A DNA stretch of 63,771 nt, counting the filler, from Folioceros fuciformis (lineage: Eukaryota), in the NCBI GenBank assembly GCA_049999805.1. It is 5 parts of 5 records of this genome, joined end to end, with 100 filler letters (N's around TTAATTAATTAA, not from the genome) between each part and the next. Parts side by side here need not be neighbours in the genome. Positions count along the whole stretch, not along the records: positions 1 to 18,829 come from JBNGIO010006258.1; positions 18,930 to 39,029 come from JBNGIO010006261.1; 3 more parts are not named here. One strand, given 5' to 3'. A program made the translations under genes and the position numbers. This document shows positions 10,322-23,412 of the stretch, piece after piece. The notes below the pieces were generated by a model. That model saw only the letters and a program-made list of their open reading frames with translations, was not told the DNA's origin and did no database searches. The first letter of the stretch is position 1. Each line of letters starts with the position of its first letter.

Positions 10322-11714
10322 ATGGAGGGGGGTTCGCAGTCGGGCAATCCGCGGACCGTCGAAGATGTGTTCAAAGATTTCCAAGGGAGGCGAAGAGGGA
10401 TGCTGAAGGCTCTCACCACTGGTGCGTCCTGCAGTTCCCGCGGGCTCCCTCCCCTGCACCGCCTGCTTGCTTGCCTGCCTGCCTGCCTGTCTTTGGAGCT
10501 GCCGGCCGTGCTTGCGTGCTTACCCCGCCCTGTAGACTTGCTCCCGCTGCAGCTTGCAGATGCCATGGTTGCCCGGGACTGTGTGCCGGCTAACGCGCAT
10601 TGCTGTGGTGTGGCCGGTGAATGCAGATGTGGAGGAATTTTACCGGCTGTGCGATCCAGGTCGGTGCAAGATTGATTGTGGCTTGCCGTTGCTGCTGGAG
10701 CCTGTGGCTGGCACCTGCCTGCTGACCTAGTCGCGTGTGCAGATAAGGAAAACCTGTGTCTTTACGGATTCCCGAACGAAGGTTGGGAGGTGAATTTGCC
10801 CGCGGAGGAGGTTCCTCCGGAGCTTCCGGAACCAGCGTTAGGCATTAACTTTGCAAGAAATGGCATGCATCGGAAGGACTGGTTATCTTTGGTTGCGGTG
10901 CACAGTGATGTTTGGCTTCTTTCCGTTGCCTTCTTCTATGGTGCGCGGCTGGATAAAAACGATAGGTAGGTCGTTCGGCCTGCCGCGCTCGCCTCCGATG
11001 CTGCTCTGTATGGCCGTGTTGTGGATCGCAATTCCGTTGTTTTCCCCTTGTACGGTAGGCGCATCGGTAGCTTGCTTCGCTTCCGCTTTGAGTTAGCTTA
11101 GTTGTGTGCTTGTTTTTCGCTGTCGCGGTCCAGCGGGTGGCGGTTTCTATAGAAGATGTTACTGATGATTAGTGTGTCCCCTGACTGGGTCTTTTTATTG
11201 CGTGCCGTGAGCAGGAAGCGTCTTTTTAACTTGGTGAATGAGCTTCCGACTGTATTTGATGTAGTGACTGGGAAGAAGCCTCCTAAGGAAAAAGCTTATT
11301 CCAACAACAGTGGAAGCAAGAGCAAGCCTCCTGCAAAAATGGTGACACAGCTCGATCCGTTGCGCTTTCTTCTCTACTGAAGTGCACATCGCTACTTTTG
11401 TAGCTTAGTTTGCTTGTTTTGCTGACGAGGGTGGTATGATTGTTGTGAAACTGCAGCCCAAATTGTCAAGCCCTGCTCCAGCCCTTCAGCAGCCTGATGA
11501 AGAGGATACACTGGAAGAAGAGGAAGAGGAGCACGGCGATACCATATGTGGAAGCTGTGGGACCAAATATGCCACCAACGAGTTCTGGATTGCCTGCGAC
11601 TTCTGTCTAAGGTGGTTCCACGGCAAATGTGTGAAGATCACTGCAACCAAGGCGGAACACATCAAGCAGTACAAGTGTCCGACGTGCCTCAAGAAGCCAC
11701 GCATAAGCGGATGA
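10322..11714 (+). CDS. AL: Alfin-like PHD-finger protein (PAL/DUF3594 + PHD); exons 10322-10421, 10627-10659, 10743-10965, 11215-11341, 11457-11714
   Basis: GT-AG splicing joins [19 protein letters not shown] / DVEEFY..CDP / [49 protein letters not shown] / [18 protein letters not shown] / acidic tract / C4HC3 PHD ([34 protein letters not shown]). Confidence 0.95.
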
Positions 11715-14099
11715 CGTCACTTTTATCTTATGACAGCCCACAGCGCAGTGGCTTGCAGAGGAGACCACCTTAGCTTGCATCATTCTTTCTATGTCACTGA
11801 AAGCAGTAGTAAAGGTGCAAATTGTTCCTTCGCATGATGGACGATGTTGTTGAAAGTCGGGGGATTGCTGTTGTCCTTGTTCAACCTTAGGTTGGGCCAA
11901 GGTATCAACGTATAACCAGCAGGTTCAGTGCAAGACTCAACTGGGACTATTGGCTGCAAGGTAGAGCTTTTCCTGTTTAGTGTTGTAGTGCTCTGTCGTT
12001 GCTTACTGCTCAGGTGTAAGAACTCATCGCCGTGTGCAGCTCTGCACACGTAAAACGTTTGAAACTTCTCAAGTTTTGAGTGTAGGTGGCTCTCTTCTTG
12101 TGCCAACTTAGGAACTAGGTCTAGTTGTAAACGTATTTTCTTCAGGGATATGCGACACTTGATCGGGATTATTTTGCACTCCTGCAAGGTATAGTTTCTC
12201 CTGTCTTGGTACAGCTGTGCTAGGTATTGTTATTCAGTATGAGGAGTTGTACATTTGCACACTTTGTGAGCAGTTTGAGAGGCTCTTCGAAGGGTGTAAG
12301 CTACACACGTTTGCCTTCACTGGTGTTTTATGTTGCCTTCCCTGCAACCCACTGCTAGAGAGGAAAAGCTTGCGCTATCTGAATTGTCTATTGGCAGCAG
12401 CAGGTGGCTGGCGATGCGATATCTCCCACAAACATCTCATCTCTCCCGAGAGAGGCTTCCAGAAGCAGTTGTGGAAGCTTCAGGGGTTTATGTGGCTATG
12501 GCTGATTTATGACACAATCAGTGGCTGGATGGCATGAAACGTAAGCTGGCTTGGACTGCCGTTGACAGGGTGGGCCAATGCGGAGTTGGCAAGAATCTTG
12601 TGGGCCATGTGCTCGTGGCCAACCAGTACCGGAAAGACGAGTACCATGGGTCCTCGCCTTTTCTGCCGTGTGAGAGAGAATACTCAAGTCAGCGGTGACA
12701 TGTTTCTCAGTGAACGCCTCTCTCGTGTTCCCCTCTTGCATGTGCACGGCATACGTGTACATACGAACCGTAGACTACTGCGCGCAGCATTCACATTGTT
12801 CTGTAATCACACATAAGTCCTTTTACATTCATACGTACTGTATGCGCGTGCAGTGTTGTACAATACATTTTGAACGCGAACTGTCCACGGCGTTCAGGCC
12901 GGAGACGCATAGCGGAAAGTGGAAGGCGTGTGACAACATCCTCCGCCGATCGCAAGTTGCCAGCCTCCTCGTCTTCCACGAATTAAATTGAGGATTAGGC
13001 GGATGACAAGAGTGTGCCTCTTGTGCGGAGTTTCGTTGCGTGTGTGCTAACTTGCGGCAGCCTTGTATACACCAAACTTTCGAGATTCCCCCGTCGACGC
13101 GCCCGTGTCTCGATGCCTGGCATGTGCCGAGCAGATTCCTACCCTCTCCGCGATGCTTAGCGCAACTTGTCCATCTTCTCCTTCCCTCTTGCAATGCTTG
13201 CATCAAAAGCACTAAACCGGCCAAACTCGACCAGGTAGAGCGCGCTTCACCTCAAGGCCAAGACGGAAAACACTTGGAGGAAATCAGGATTGCCATAGAG
13301 AGGCCAAGCGCAAAGCGACACTGGTACGAAGGGTCAAACGGCTGCAGGACAAAGACACAAGGAGACCCGGGCGCCGCTCCTCTTCCAGATCAGGGTTCAC
13401 AAATCCGGAGAAGAGCTAGCTCGCTTCTTCCCTACTCTACTTTCGAAACCCTATGAGGCGCCTTCGATTCTTGGATACTACGCAGCATGCAGGCAGAAGA
13501 ATCCACGCTCTTAGAGGCTACGAGGCTACGTCATCGCCACACAAGATGCGCCATGGACCTGCCGCTCGAAGTCGTAAGGCGGGAGGAAACTGTCGTAATT
13601 GGACACTACTCCGGTGTCTTGAAAGGTGATCAGTTCAATCGGGTCGGCACAAAACTCTATTCCCGGCGGCCCACACGGGATTTTTAATAGCTTTTTACGG
13701 TTTAATATCCACACAACAAGACCACCCGGAGGAATTCAAATGACGCGACCCTAGGACCGACAACACCTAGAACACTTCGCTATAAAAAAAACAAAAAGCC
13801 ACCACATCAAGGCCATGACTCGGGACTCGGGTGCAACTGACTCAGTCTTTTTTTGTTCTATGATAACCGTAGCCTGCAGTGGTTGTTCGCCTGTCCCAAG
13901 GTGGAAATAACTTGGGTTGGGCCACCTCTAGAGTACTTGTGAAGGAAGGTTGCCAGCCAGCTGCCCTGTGTAGAAGAACATTTTGGTGATGAGCAAAGAA
14001 TTCGAAGATTTTTCTTACAGCCATTAAAAATGTCGTTGTCCTTCTTTCTTTAGATCCATAGGAGTATGGGGAAGAACTTTTCAAAGTTCATAAAGGAAT

Positions 14100-14560
14100 G
14101 TGCCATTAAAGATATCCCAATGCAAGGATTTGGTCCACCTCTAGAGAGGTGTCATTTGCTATCTTCCTCATCCAAGTGCAAGGGTTTGGTCCTCCTTCAA
14201 GGAGATGCCATCTCTTATCTTCCTTAAGGGTGAGGTTGTGTCCTCACTAGGTTTATGGGTATTCAAAGTTCTAATAGGGAATTCAAAGTTCTTCTAGGGA
14301 TTCCGACCTTTATAGAAGAGTTTATGGTTGCAACACTTATGGAAGACTTGGCTTGTGTAGATGACCTTCCTAAATTGAAGGACCCACAAGAGGCTTTGGG
14401 CATCCTCCTCATGTTTTGCACACCACTTGGGTATCTTTCACAAAATATCCCTTCTTCCTCATTCCTTGCCAATTTGAAGGGCTATGACTGGAAGATTATA
14501 TAGATTTTGAGAGACATCATTAGCCCTAGCATCTTCGAATACGACATCTTATTTTTCTTG
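14100..14560 (+). mobile_element. Possible decayed non-LTR retrotransposon (CRE-like) RT C-terminal relic
   Basis: ORF 14255-14503 (FKVLLGIPTF...L.KLKDPQEALGILL.FC...GYLS..IP) resembles the post-RT region of CRE-type elements. Recognised by eye only; fragmentary. Confidence 0.35.
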
Positions 14561-17252
14561 GAGACTCTTCTATTCTTTGGCATGTTTGAGCTCACATGCA
14601 TGAGTGTATGAAGCTCAGAAAAAAGGACTTGGCCAAAAGCTTTTGGTTCGTGGCTTTCCCATTTGCAAGTGAAAACCTTCTTCATTGCAATCAAATTTTA
14701 CTTTTATTTGACCCAACCCCAAGCTTGCTCTCTTAACATGTAGTTACAAACCATCATACCCCTTGATATGTCAAACACATATGTAGGAGAGCAACATATT
14801 GCTACGTATGATGCCTTTCTACGTATGATGCCAAGAAGGTTGCCTTTTTGTTTTACAAGAATCCTCGTCATATCCAGCTCAATAACATTTTACTGCGAGT
14901 TGATCTCTTCTTAATTTAAGGGGACCATGTTTCTATGGCTAACATCATGGTAGTACCCCATACAAGACCCTTTCTTCTTTGAATACCTGTAAAAGTATTG
15001 ATCTCACAATAGTATTAGAATACTATTCCTTGAGCTCTCTTGGCTTCCTGTATCTCCCGCTTCTTGTTCCTCCCAGTTTGTGTTTTATCGTTAAAGGTCT
15101 TCCAATTCACTCGCACTCCCACTAGCCTTTCTAATGCGATTTCCATAGCCATGAGTCTGGAAATTTGCTTCTCGCTGAGGCTTAGCTACAACTCATAAAT
15201 CCCAAACATAAACAAATCTATCTTGTGCCACTCTTCCTCACTTAGTGCATTGGTCGATCTTTTACCATGCACCTCATTGAGCATAGGAGGTCCAAATAGC
15301 TTGTGCACCTCCTCGTTGCCCAAAAAATCTCGAAGGGCATTCATAAGTTCTAGGTCTTTGACATCAAGCCGTGAATGTTGCCATCAACTACTCTCCACAT
15401 CCAACTCTTCATTGGCTTTGTTGTGCTTGCCTAAATGTTGCCAACTATTCCCTTTCTAGCTTCTGCTAGCGCTCTATGTGCCTTCCCACGTTGGCTTCGC
15501 TTTTGAGCCAACCTCGTGGTGGCTACACAAGTGCGCTCAAAACCCTGCTTTAGAGCCTTGCGAGCTGAATTGTGTTTCGCACTCATTGCTTAATCCACAC
15601 AATCCTCCAGATCCCTCCTCTTGAAAAGCCTCTAGACAGCTCTTTGGGCTATTGGCTTGGTTGCCTAGCCTCATCCCTGGCTCCCTTACTTCTTCCCTTG
15701 CATCCAGCAAATCCTGACATTATATTGTAGATATCAAAAACCATCTAGCTCTATGATTCTGTGAAGGGAGTGGAAAGCAAACAAAGGTTGAATTGTCAAC
15801 AAAGAGCAGAAAAAAAAGCTAGGTTGCCCAACCCAATTCCTGACAAATATAGTATGATGGGCATGTAATGGAGGAGGAGATGTTGCGGGAACACCTTCCT
15901 CTTAATGGAGAACATCCATTAGAACAGTAGATTGTGCCCTGCACAAACATTGTAGTCTTGGCCTCGAACAACTATTGTAGTTTCTATGCTTGGTGGGCTC
16001 ACATCTTGTTGCGACGGTTTAGAAAACCTCTTCCCTTCCCCTCCCCTCCTCTCAGTCCACCTCCACTCCCTCTGGCAGCCTTAATAGCCTCATAAGAAAC
16101 CCCCGAAGTCATGCAATTGAAGTCTTCTAGATTGTACGCAACAACATGGCGCTTGTGTGATGATATCTCTATTGTTGAGGTGTAAGAGCTCTCGTGGCTT
16201 ATCGACCATAGAATTACTATTCAATTTTCAAAGAAGTTTCATTCTCACCTCAGGCCTCATTAATTTGGCATTACTAATTCGGAGGGTTATGAGTTTGTCG
16301 TTTTTAGAGTGCATAAAGTTTTCAAGGGGTACTTAGATTGGGCTACCTTTAAGTTGATATGGAAAATGCATTCAACATTGTCTTATGGTTTGTTATCGTT
16401 GATGAACTAAAAAATATAAGTGGATGTTGGTCGGTCTAATCCTTTAGTTCACTATTTTCATGGATCTCTTTCTAGCTTCCATTATTGGCATAAGCCCTTG
16501 GTAGAAAGGGTTTTAGTGATAGTACTAGATAAGGCACTCCTTCCAGAATGCTCTTTTTGTCATGACACATTTTAGAGCCTTATCATTAGAGACCTTGTAA
16601 AATGCCTTATTATTAAAGACCTTATAGGAATATGTATTCATTTAGGGCAAACAATAACCATATGTTGGGGAATGGAGATAGAGTTAACGCCACATTAAAT
16701 TTTGATTTCCTTGGTTTAGAGCCTCTCCCTCACCTCATTTTAGAGCTAATATTAGTTAAGTGTATTGTTTGGTCTCCTTTTAGCATGATTTCCTCTCTTT
16801 AGCATCTAGAAGAGGATATTGCTTTTCCACTATGTCTTTGAGTCCTTGGTGTTCCTATGTGGACAAAGCTTTAAGAAAAGATTTAGTAAATATTGACAAT
16901 CTTTCATACCTTGGAGATCTTTCTTATCTTGAAGGCCTGCAAATATCATTCTAAATCCTTAGACTTCTTTTGTTGTACAAAGTGACTAAGTTGTCTTTTG
17001 CGTATAATTTTGACAAACCTCTTATACAAGTTTTCATGGACATCATCGGCTTAAGGACCTTCGATTGTGCAGCAGGTAATTTGTCCAAGTGACATGAGTT
17101 CCTTCCCATTTTTTTTGAGGGTAGCAGCTTATTGGTCTCATAGACTTCCATGTCAGCGGATATTTTAAGAAGCAAGGCTCTCTCTACCCACCCCTTGTCG
17201 TTGCTTTTTTTTAATTTGGGACTTGCCTATACAAGAGGCTTTCATTGTGGAT

Positions 17253-17273
17253 ACCCTAAACCCTAAACCCTAA
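17253..17273. repeat. Short interstitial plant telomeric repeat, (CCCTAAA) x ~3
   Basis: ACCCTAAACCCTAAACCCTAA is directly visible. Confidence 0.8.
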
Positions 17274-18118
17274 TGTTAAGGAGAGGTTTTTCCTTTGCAA
17301 GTCAACTTAGGACTTGCTACATCCCCTTTATTTTCTGAGTTGAGGGCTACCTTTTCCATCGTTTTTCTCTTACCAAGGTTGAACTTCAGGGACGGTATGT
17401 GTCCTTACTACAGAAACATTATCAGTAAGCATAGTTTAACCTCCGCCAAGATTTCTTCATTTGAAGCCTATGGGCTTGTTTGTGCTTTTGCTTAAGGAGG
17501 GGAGTTGGAGCTTTTGGCTCAACCAAGTCTTTAGGTGTTTTGCATCACACTAGCAACATTTTCCATTGCAATGCATTTTGCTTGGGCTGGGTCCATCCTA
17601 TAGCATGCTCTCTTTCTATCAATACTTGTAGGGTCCCTTTTAATTACTCTATGATGCATTTGGCTTCAAGTCGTGTGGTTGGGCAATGTGTTGCTATATA
17701 TAATGTCATATTCTCTATTGCTAGGCAAGGTAGGTTTTCTCTATTTTGTGGGATTTGCTTTCGAGTTGACCTATTTCGAACCCAAGAGGATTAAGTTTCT
17801 GTTGCAGATGTGCTCATTAGAGTTGCGACTCCACACATATTATTCTTAACTCTATAGGGTGGGTTTCACAAGGTTGCACAATGGCCAAAGTCCATAAGTA
17901 CTCTTCTTTGTAGAACAACTATACTTTGTAGAACACCAAGTTTGTCATGGCATTGCCAAGGCCTATAATAGTCAGAAGATTGGAGCTAGTCTTCCCCTTT
18001 TTTATGTAGTTGCTTTCTTTTGGATATCCTATCATAGTTGGATATTGAAGCTCGTCTTCTCCTTTTTTTATGTAGTTGCTTTCTTTTGCATATCCTTTTG
18101 ATAGAGGATCTTCATCTG

Positions 18119-18431
18119 TCTATAACAGACATTGCACCAATGTGTTGTAAAGGATACTGTAACAGACATTGCACCAATGTGTTGTAAAGGATACTGAGTG
18201 TAGGTCTATAACAGACATTGCACCAATGTGTTATAAAGGATACTGAGTGTAGGAGAAGTGGCTTCTTCGACTATGGTGGTAGGTAGGCCTTTTTACATCC
18301 TTATTCTCTTGGCAATTGAGAGGCATGATCACAAAGGGAGAAGTGGTAGATAAGCCTATTCACATCCATGTTCTCATATAGGCCTATTCACATCCATGTT
18401 CTCACATAGGCTTATTCACATCCATGTTCTC
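18119..18431. repeat. Two small tandem arrays: 3 x ~40-50 bp (18119-18253) and 3 x ~28 bp (18353-18431)
   Basis: TAACAGACATTGCACCAATGTGTT.TAAAGGATACTG x3; G(C/T)CTATTCACATCCATGTTCTC-type unit x3. Confidence 0.85.
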
Positions 18432-18829
18432 TTGGCTATTTTGATTGACACGATCACAAAGCAAGAGAACTAGCTTCTTTGACTAGATAGGCCTTTTTCA
18501 CATCCCTGTTCTCTTGGCAATTTTGAGAGGCGTGATCACAAAGACTGGATCTCTTGATTCCGACGCCCTTCTCCCCTTGGAGGTAAATAGGTTTCCTCTC
18601 ACTCCTTTATAATAAGTCTCCAAATTCAAATTCAAAGAACGGTCGTGATACGAACCCGGGTTGGATGAGAGAGAGGCAGCCCTAATAGGAGTAGAGAGAG
18701 AGAGAGGGAGAGAGTGGCAATGTGGGTAGGTATTCAGGTAGCGCAAGGTGGAGGAACATACGTTTATACTTGCCTCTGTTTTACATACTGCTCGTCAGGT
18801 AGCGTCTGTCAGTCGGCACAGGCCATCAG

Positions 18830-18929
18830 NNNNNNNNNNNNNNNNNNNNNNNNNNNNNNNNNNNNNNNNNNNNTTAATTAATTAANNNNNNNNNNNNNNN
18901 NNNNNNNNNNNNNNNNNNNNNNNNNNNNN
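18830..18929. other. Assembly gap with artificial six-frame-stop linker (also 39030-39129, 59518-59617, 62527-62626)
   Basis: Identical N44-TTAATTAATTAA-N44 pattern four times. Confidence 0.95.
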
Positions 18930-21909
18930 TGACAAGTCAGGTTTCTTCCCTGTGAACTTCTCCTCCGGTGTTACACTGTGCACTGCTGCTGTGGGAGTTC
19001 TGTTCATGATGTACACTGCTGTGCTTACAGCTTCAGCCCAATAGTAGTGAGGCATCTTCTTCTCTGTCATCAAGGCTCTCGCCACTTCTGCTATGTGCCT
19101 GTTCTTGCGCTCTGCAACTCCATTTTTTTGTGGCGTATAACGACATGAGTACTGCCGTTGAATGCCTTGTTCTGATAAGAATTTGCTGAACTCTCTGGAG
19201 AAGTACTCTCCCCCTCCATCAGATCTTAGGCATTTGATGTGCCTACCTGTCTGCTTCTCAACCATCGCCTTGAAAGTATGAAAATGAGTGATCACTTCAC
19301 TTTTTTCTTTCATGAAATAGACCCACACCTTCCTTGTGTGGTCGTCAATGAAGGTCACATAGTACTTGCAGCCTCCGATTGATGCAGTCTGTGTAGGACC
19401 CCATACATCTGAATGCACAACATCCAACACATATCTGCTGACATGTTTGTCATGGGGGAACGCATTCCTAGGCTGTTTCCCAAGTTGACATGCTTCACAT
19501 ATACCTTGCAGTCCATTTTCTGTAAGCTTGGGTATGCCTGTGACAACCTTCTGATGCTGCATGGACTTCAACTTCTGCACATTTACATGTCCAATGCGTT
19601 TGTGCCACATCTCTAGGTCTGTCACTACCCTTGTACCCTTCGCAAACATGGCTGACTTCAGCTTAGGAACCTCCACGTTCAAGGTGAACATCCGTCCAAC
19701 CTTCTGTCCTTGAGCAATCAGGCGACCGCCTTTCTTGCACTCTTCAACAAAGAGTCCTGCAGGTGTAAATCTAACCTGCAGTCCTTGCTCAACCATCTGC
19801 CCAACTGACACCAAGTTCTTTGTGATGTTGGGTACGTGAAGAACATCTACCAGGCACTCCACTTTGCCATCCTGCATCTTCAAAGGTACAGTTCCTGTAT
19901 GCACAATTGCATGTGTTGTGTCATCTCCAGTTTCTACATATCCAGGTTTGTCAAGCACTTGCATTTCTTTGAACCACTCCCCATGGCATGTCACGTGGTT
20001 CGAAGCTCCTGAGTCCACATACCACACAATCTCACCATTGTTGGATCCATTAGCAGACATAGAGTTAAGCATATGCTGCATGACAAACAAGTTTTCTGAG
20101 TCATTCTGATTGCTGCTAGGGGCATAATTGTTCTGCTGCCTCCTGTTGCCTTGATTTCTCCTTGGACAGTCTCTTTCGAAGTGGTCTAACCTACCACAAG
20201 TCCAGCAACCACTATTGTATGCATTTGCATCATTTTGTTGTTGATTTCCACGTCCTCTTTGACTCCCCCAGCCTCGAGAATTTTCTCCTCTTCCACGTGT
20301 ACTCTTGTACTGGGACTCCTAATTCTGTTGTTGATTTTGGTAGGGATTCCGACCTCTACCACCTCTTTGCCCTCTGCCACCTTGGGCTCTACCTCTGCCT
20401 CTGCCAGAGTAGAAGGCCTGCTCAGAGTTTTCCTTAGGCTTAGAGGATGATTCCTCGCCTAGGTTTTTCTCCTCTATGATTAACATAGAAATCAGGTCTG
20501 AGAAATTGGGAATGTTTTTCCGAGTCTGTATGGAAGTCTTGAACTGCTTGTAGGCAGGTGTTAACCCGCGCAAGCAAACTTCGACCTTGTCATCATCTTC
20601 CACACTGACACCAATGGACGCAAGGGATTCCACTATCCCTTTGATCTTTAACGCGTACTCATTGATTGATAAGTTCTTCTTCATAACTGTGTTGAAGTCA
20701 TTCTTCAACTGCAGTTTTCTCGCCTTCGTGTTAGTCTCATAGAGTTTTACCAACTCATCCCATGCTTCTTTGGGCGACTCTGCATCCTGTATGTGCCCAA
20801 TCATGGTGTCATGAATGCTGATTGACAGCCAATACATGACCTTCCGAGATCCTTGACTCCAATCCTTCAGCGCCTTAATCTGCTCCGCTGTTGCATTCCG
20901 TTCAAGTACTACAGGGGGTTTTTCATGCTCCCCCTCAATGTAGTCCCAATAACCCTTTCCCATAAGAAAGTTTGTAAAACGAAACTTCCAGGCATGGAAG
21001 TTGTTTTTGTCCAGCTTCTCCTGTACGATCTGGTTAATACTGTCACTGGCCATTCTTGCCACCACTCAAGGTTGACACTCAATCCTTTCTTGAGTACTCA
21101 CACCTGATAAATGTCTGAAAGAACCAGACTGCTTCTGACTGGAGTTTTACTCACAAGACCTTAAGTCTCTTCTTCCTAAGAGCAATCTGGTGCGGAATCA
21201 CGCTGCCTTGCGTGAACCAGATTGTCTCATGCTCCGTGTCCTTACAGACTCTTGACTGTCTGCCCACAAAGCTCCCGTGAGATTTCCTGTCAATTCCTTC
21301 CTTGCTGCCAAGCTAGGGTTAGCACACTTTCTTGCAGCTGCTGAGGCTATTGCAGCTGTTGCCTCCACTTGTCAGCCCTTCCACAGAGCTCTGGGGATCA
21401 ACAGCTAGTCCAGTAAGTTGACAGGGCCTTGTCGCCCTTCTCCTCACTTCCTGCACACACCGATATGAGAGTTAGCTGCCGGGACGCTTGCTGCCGATCT
21501 CCCTCCAAGCTGCTCCAACTTCTCATAGCTGCTCTAGCTTCTGGTGTGCACTCTTGCTGCCTCTTGCAACACCTCCTACGCCGATCTTGCACCGCCTGCA
21601 CCGGGCTCTGATACCATGTCAATAGGATCGACTCCAGTCTACGTGCAAGTGTAGGAGAGGAGAGGAGAGAAGAGAGGGTGGTATTGGTGATCACAACCAT
21701 GAAAACAATACACATCACCACTGTCTTACTATGGAGGTCCGAGGTCTCCATTTAAGTAGTACATTTAGGGCTACACAACTTCCAAGTTCAATATGGGATA
21801 ATCTACACTATCCTAAGTTCACTAATAACTAGAACTAGTCTAGTATGAACCCAACTGGGATAACTAACACCACATGAGTTTAGCTCATATAGAGCTCGAT
21901 AACTCAACA
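18930..21909 (-). mobile_element. Ty1/Copia family A, 5' half (LTR 21617-21909, Met-tRNA PBS, gag, protease, integrase); 3' half lost in the assembly gap
   Basis: LTR is near-identical to 49713-50003. PBS TGGTATCAGAGC on the minus strand. Gag ORF 20319-21065; pol has WYVDSGAS, WHKRIGH, VHSDVWGP, LRSDGGGEY and NGVAERKNR. Confidence 0.95.
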
Positions 21910-22415
21910 GTCTAATATGCCTTTAGTAAAACCAATTTTTTTACTTATTGCTGAAAATAACCATTTGTTAGTAAAGCCAAATTTTTAGTGGGCGACGGAT
22001 TGATAGTGAGGACAGCCTGTTTAAGATTCGGTACCCTGACATCATGCAAGAAGCAAGACGTAACCGTACTGGATGATTGCAAGCATACCACAGCTGTTGA
22101 GCGTAAAGCCTTACGTTGGTGTATGCTTGCCAATACGCTCCACCCGACCCTCCCTTCCTCCCACTTTCACACCTGAACCTCATTCCAACTTCCTCCTTTC
22201 CCTTCGTTCACCTTCGTCTTCGCTCGTCTACTAGCATCTTGTAACCTTCACACCTTCTCCACCACCCCGGCGCTCTGCCCGCTCTTTGCGAAAGTCAGCG
22301 CCAACACCTTCTGCCCCGTCACCCTTGTTTTCAAGCCATAGGGCTTCTCTATCATAGCGCTAGGACAATTTCTTCAAGTTGGCCACACTTGGAGACTCAA
22401 CGTGGAGCAAATCCA

Positions 22416-23400
22416 TGTTGGGGTTGTTATCATAACTAGTAGTTAACCTACCTCGGGTTAATATATATATTTACTTATAACTATAGTTACTTATCATTGA
22501 ACATTGTATTTAAGACCAATTTTTGTACAAATTAATCAAGTTGTTTTCCTTCACACTTCCAGTCTGTGTGTTCGAGTGTTTTGCAACTTAACATGGTATC
22601 AGAGCCATGCTGTGAGTCTTCCACTGCAATTTAATGATGCTATAGGTCTAGACTAAGCTTGGTAATTACTCATGTACTTGTAGGGAGATAGAGGGGTCAA
22701 TATAACTTGTCTATCATCTTTAAATGGAAGATGGGCTATGTAGACATCCTTATTTTTGCCACCCACACAGAGCAATTAGTGCCAACCTATGGGCATGAGG
22801 CAACATGCAGCAAGTATCTACACATCAAGCTAGCCTACACTACTGTGCACTTCCTATTGTGCTGAAAAATGCATCATAAAGGTTGTGTTCATGCTGAGCG
22901 TGCTACTTCAAATATCTGCAGACAAGGAGAAGGCAATTATCAAGAGCAAATTGCAGCAATCAAAACTTGTTGGATAGTGCTTATACCTTACCTTTTGATC
23001 GTGAGAGACGCAACTTCCTCTACGTTGAGCATGCGTATTCCTCTCTATAAACAAGTGAGCATCGTCAACAATTTGGAACAAGTACCTCTACTCAAAGAAA
23101 CAAGACTCAAGCACGGGAAAGGTTAGGAGATCAATTAAATTGTCCTAACCTAACAAGAGCCTTTTCTTTGCTATCCAGACGAACCAAATCTATCCTAATC
23201 AAAAGAATTGAGGCTTCAAAAACTCTTTCTCAACTACCTTTGACAATAATCACGTTTTCTTACAATTTTTTTTGTAAGACTTGATCTCTATTCTGGAGAG
23301 TTAGAGCATGTGACTGAGCTTGTTGCGAGACTGATTCTCTAGCAAAATTCTCAATCAGTTACCTTTGAGACTATGCTCCCCACATGAGAGAGGTCCATTC
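22416..23400 (+). mobile_element. Decayed LTR retrotransposon (probably Copia) 5' fragment: short LTR 22416-22593 plus PBS
   Basis: TG...AACA segment immediately followed by TGGTATCAGAGCC; downstream coding is heavily degraded. Confidence 0.55.
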
Positions 23401-23412
23401 AGCAGCAAAAAG

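Noticed and set aside
12200-13720. Cluster of short ORFs downstream of the Alfin-like gene
   Set aside because: No recognisable domain or consistent exon chain could be built by eye.
18874-18885. Recurrent palindrome TTAATTAATTAA (also 39074, 59562, 62571)
   Set aside because: Always centred in 100-bp N gaps: an artificial six-frame stop linker. Adjacency across these gaps is not trustworthy.
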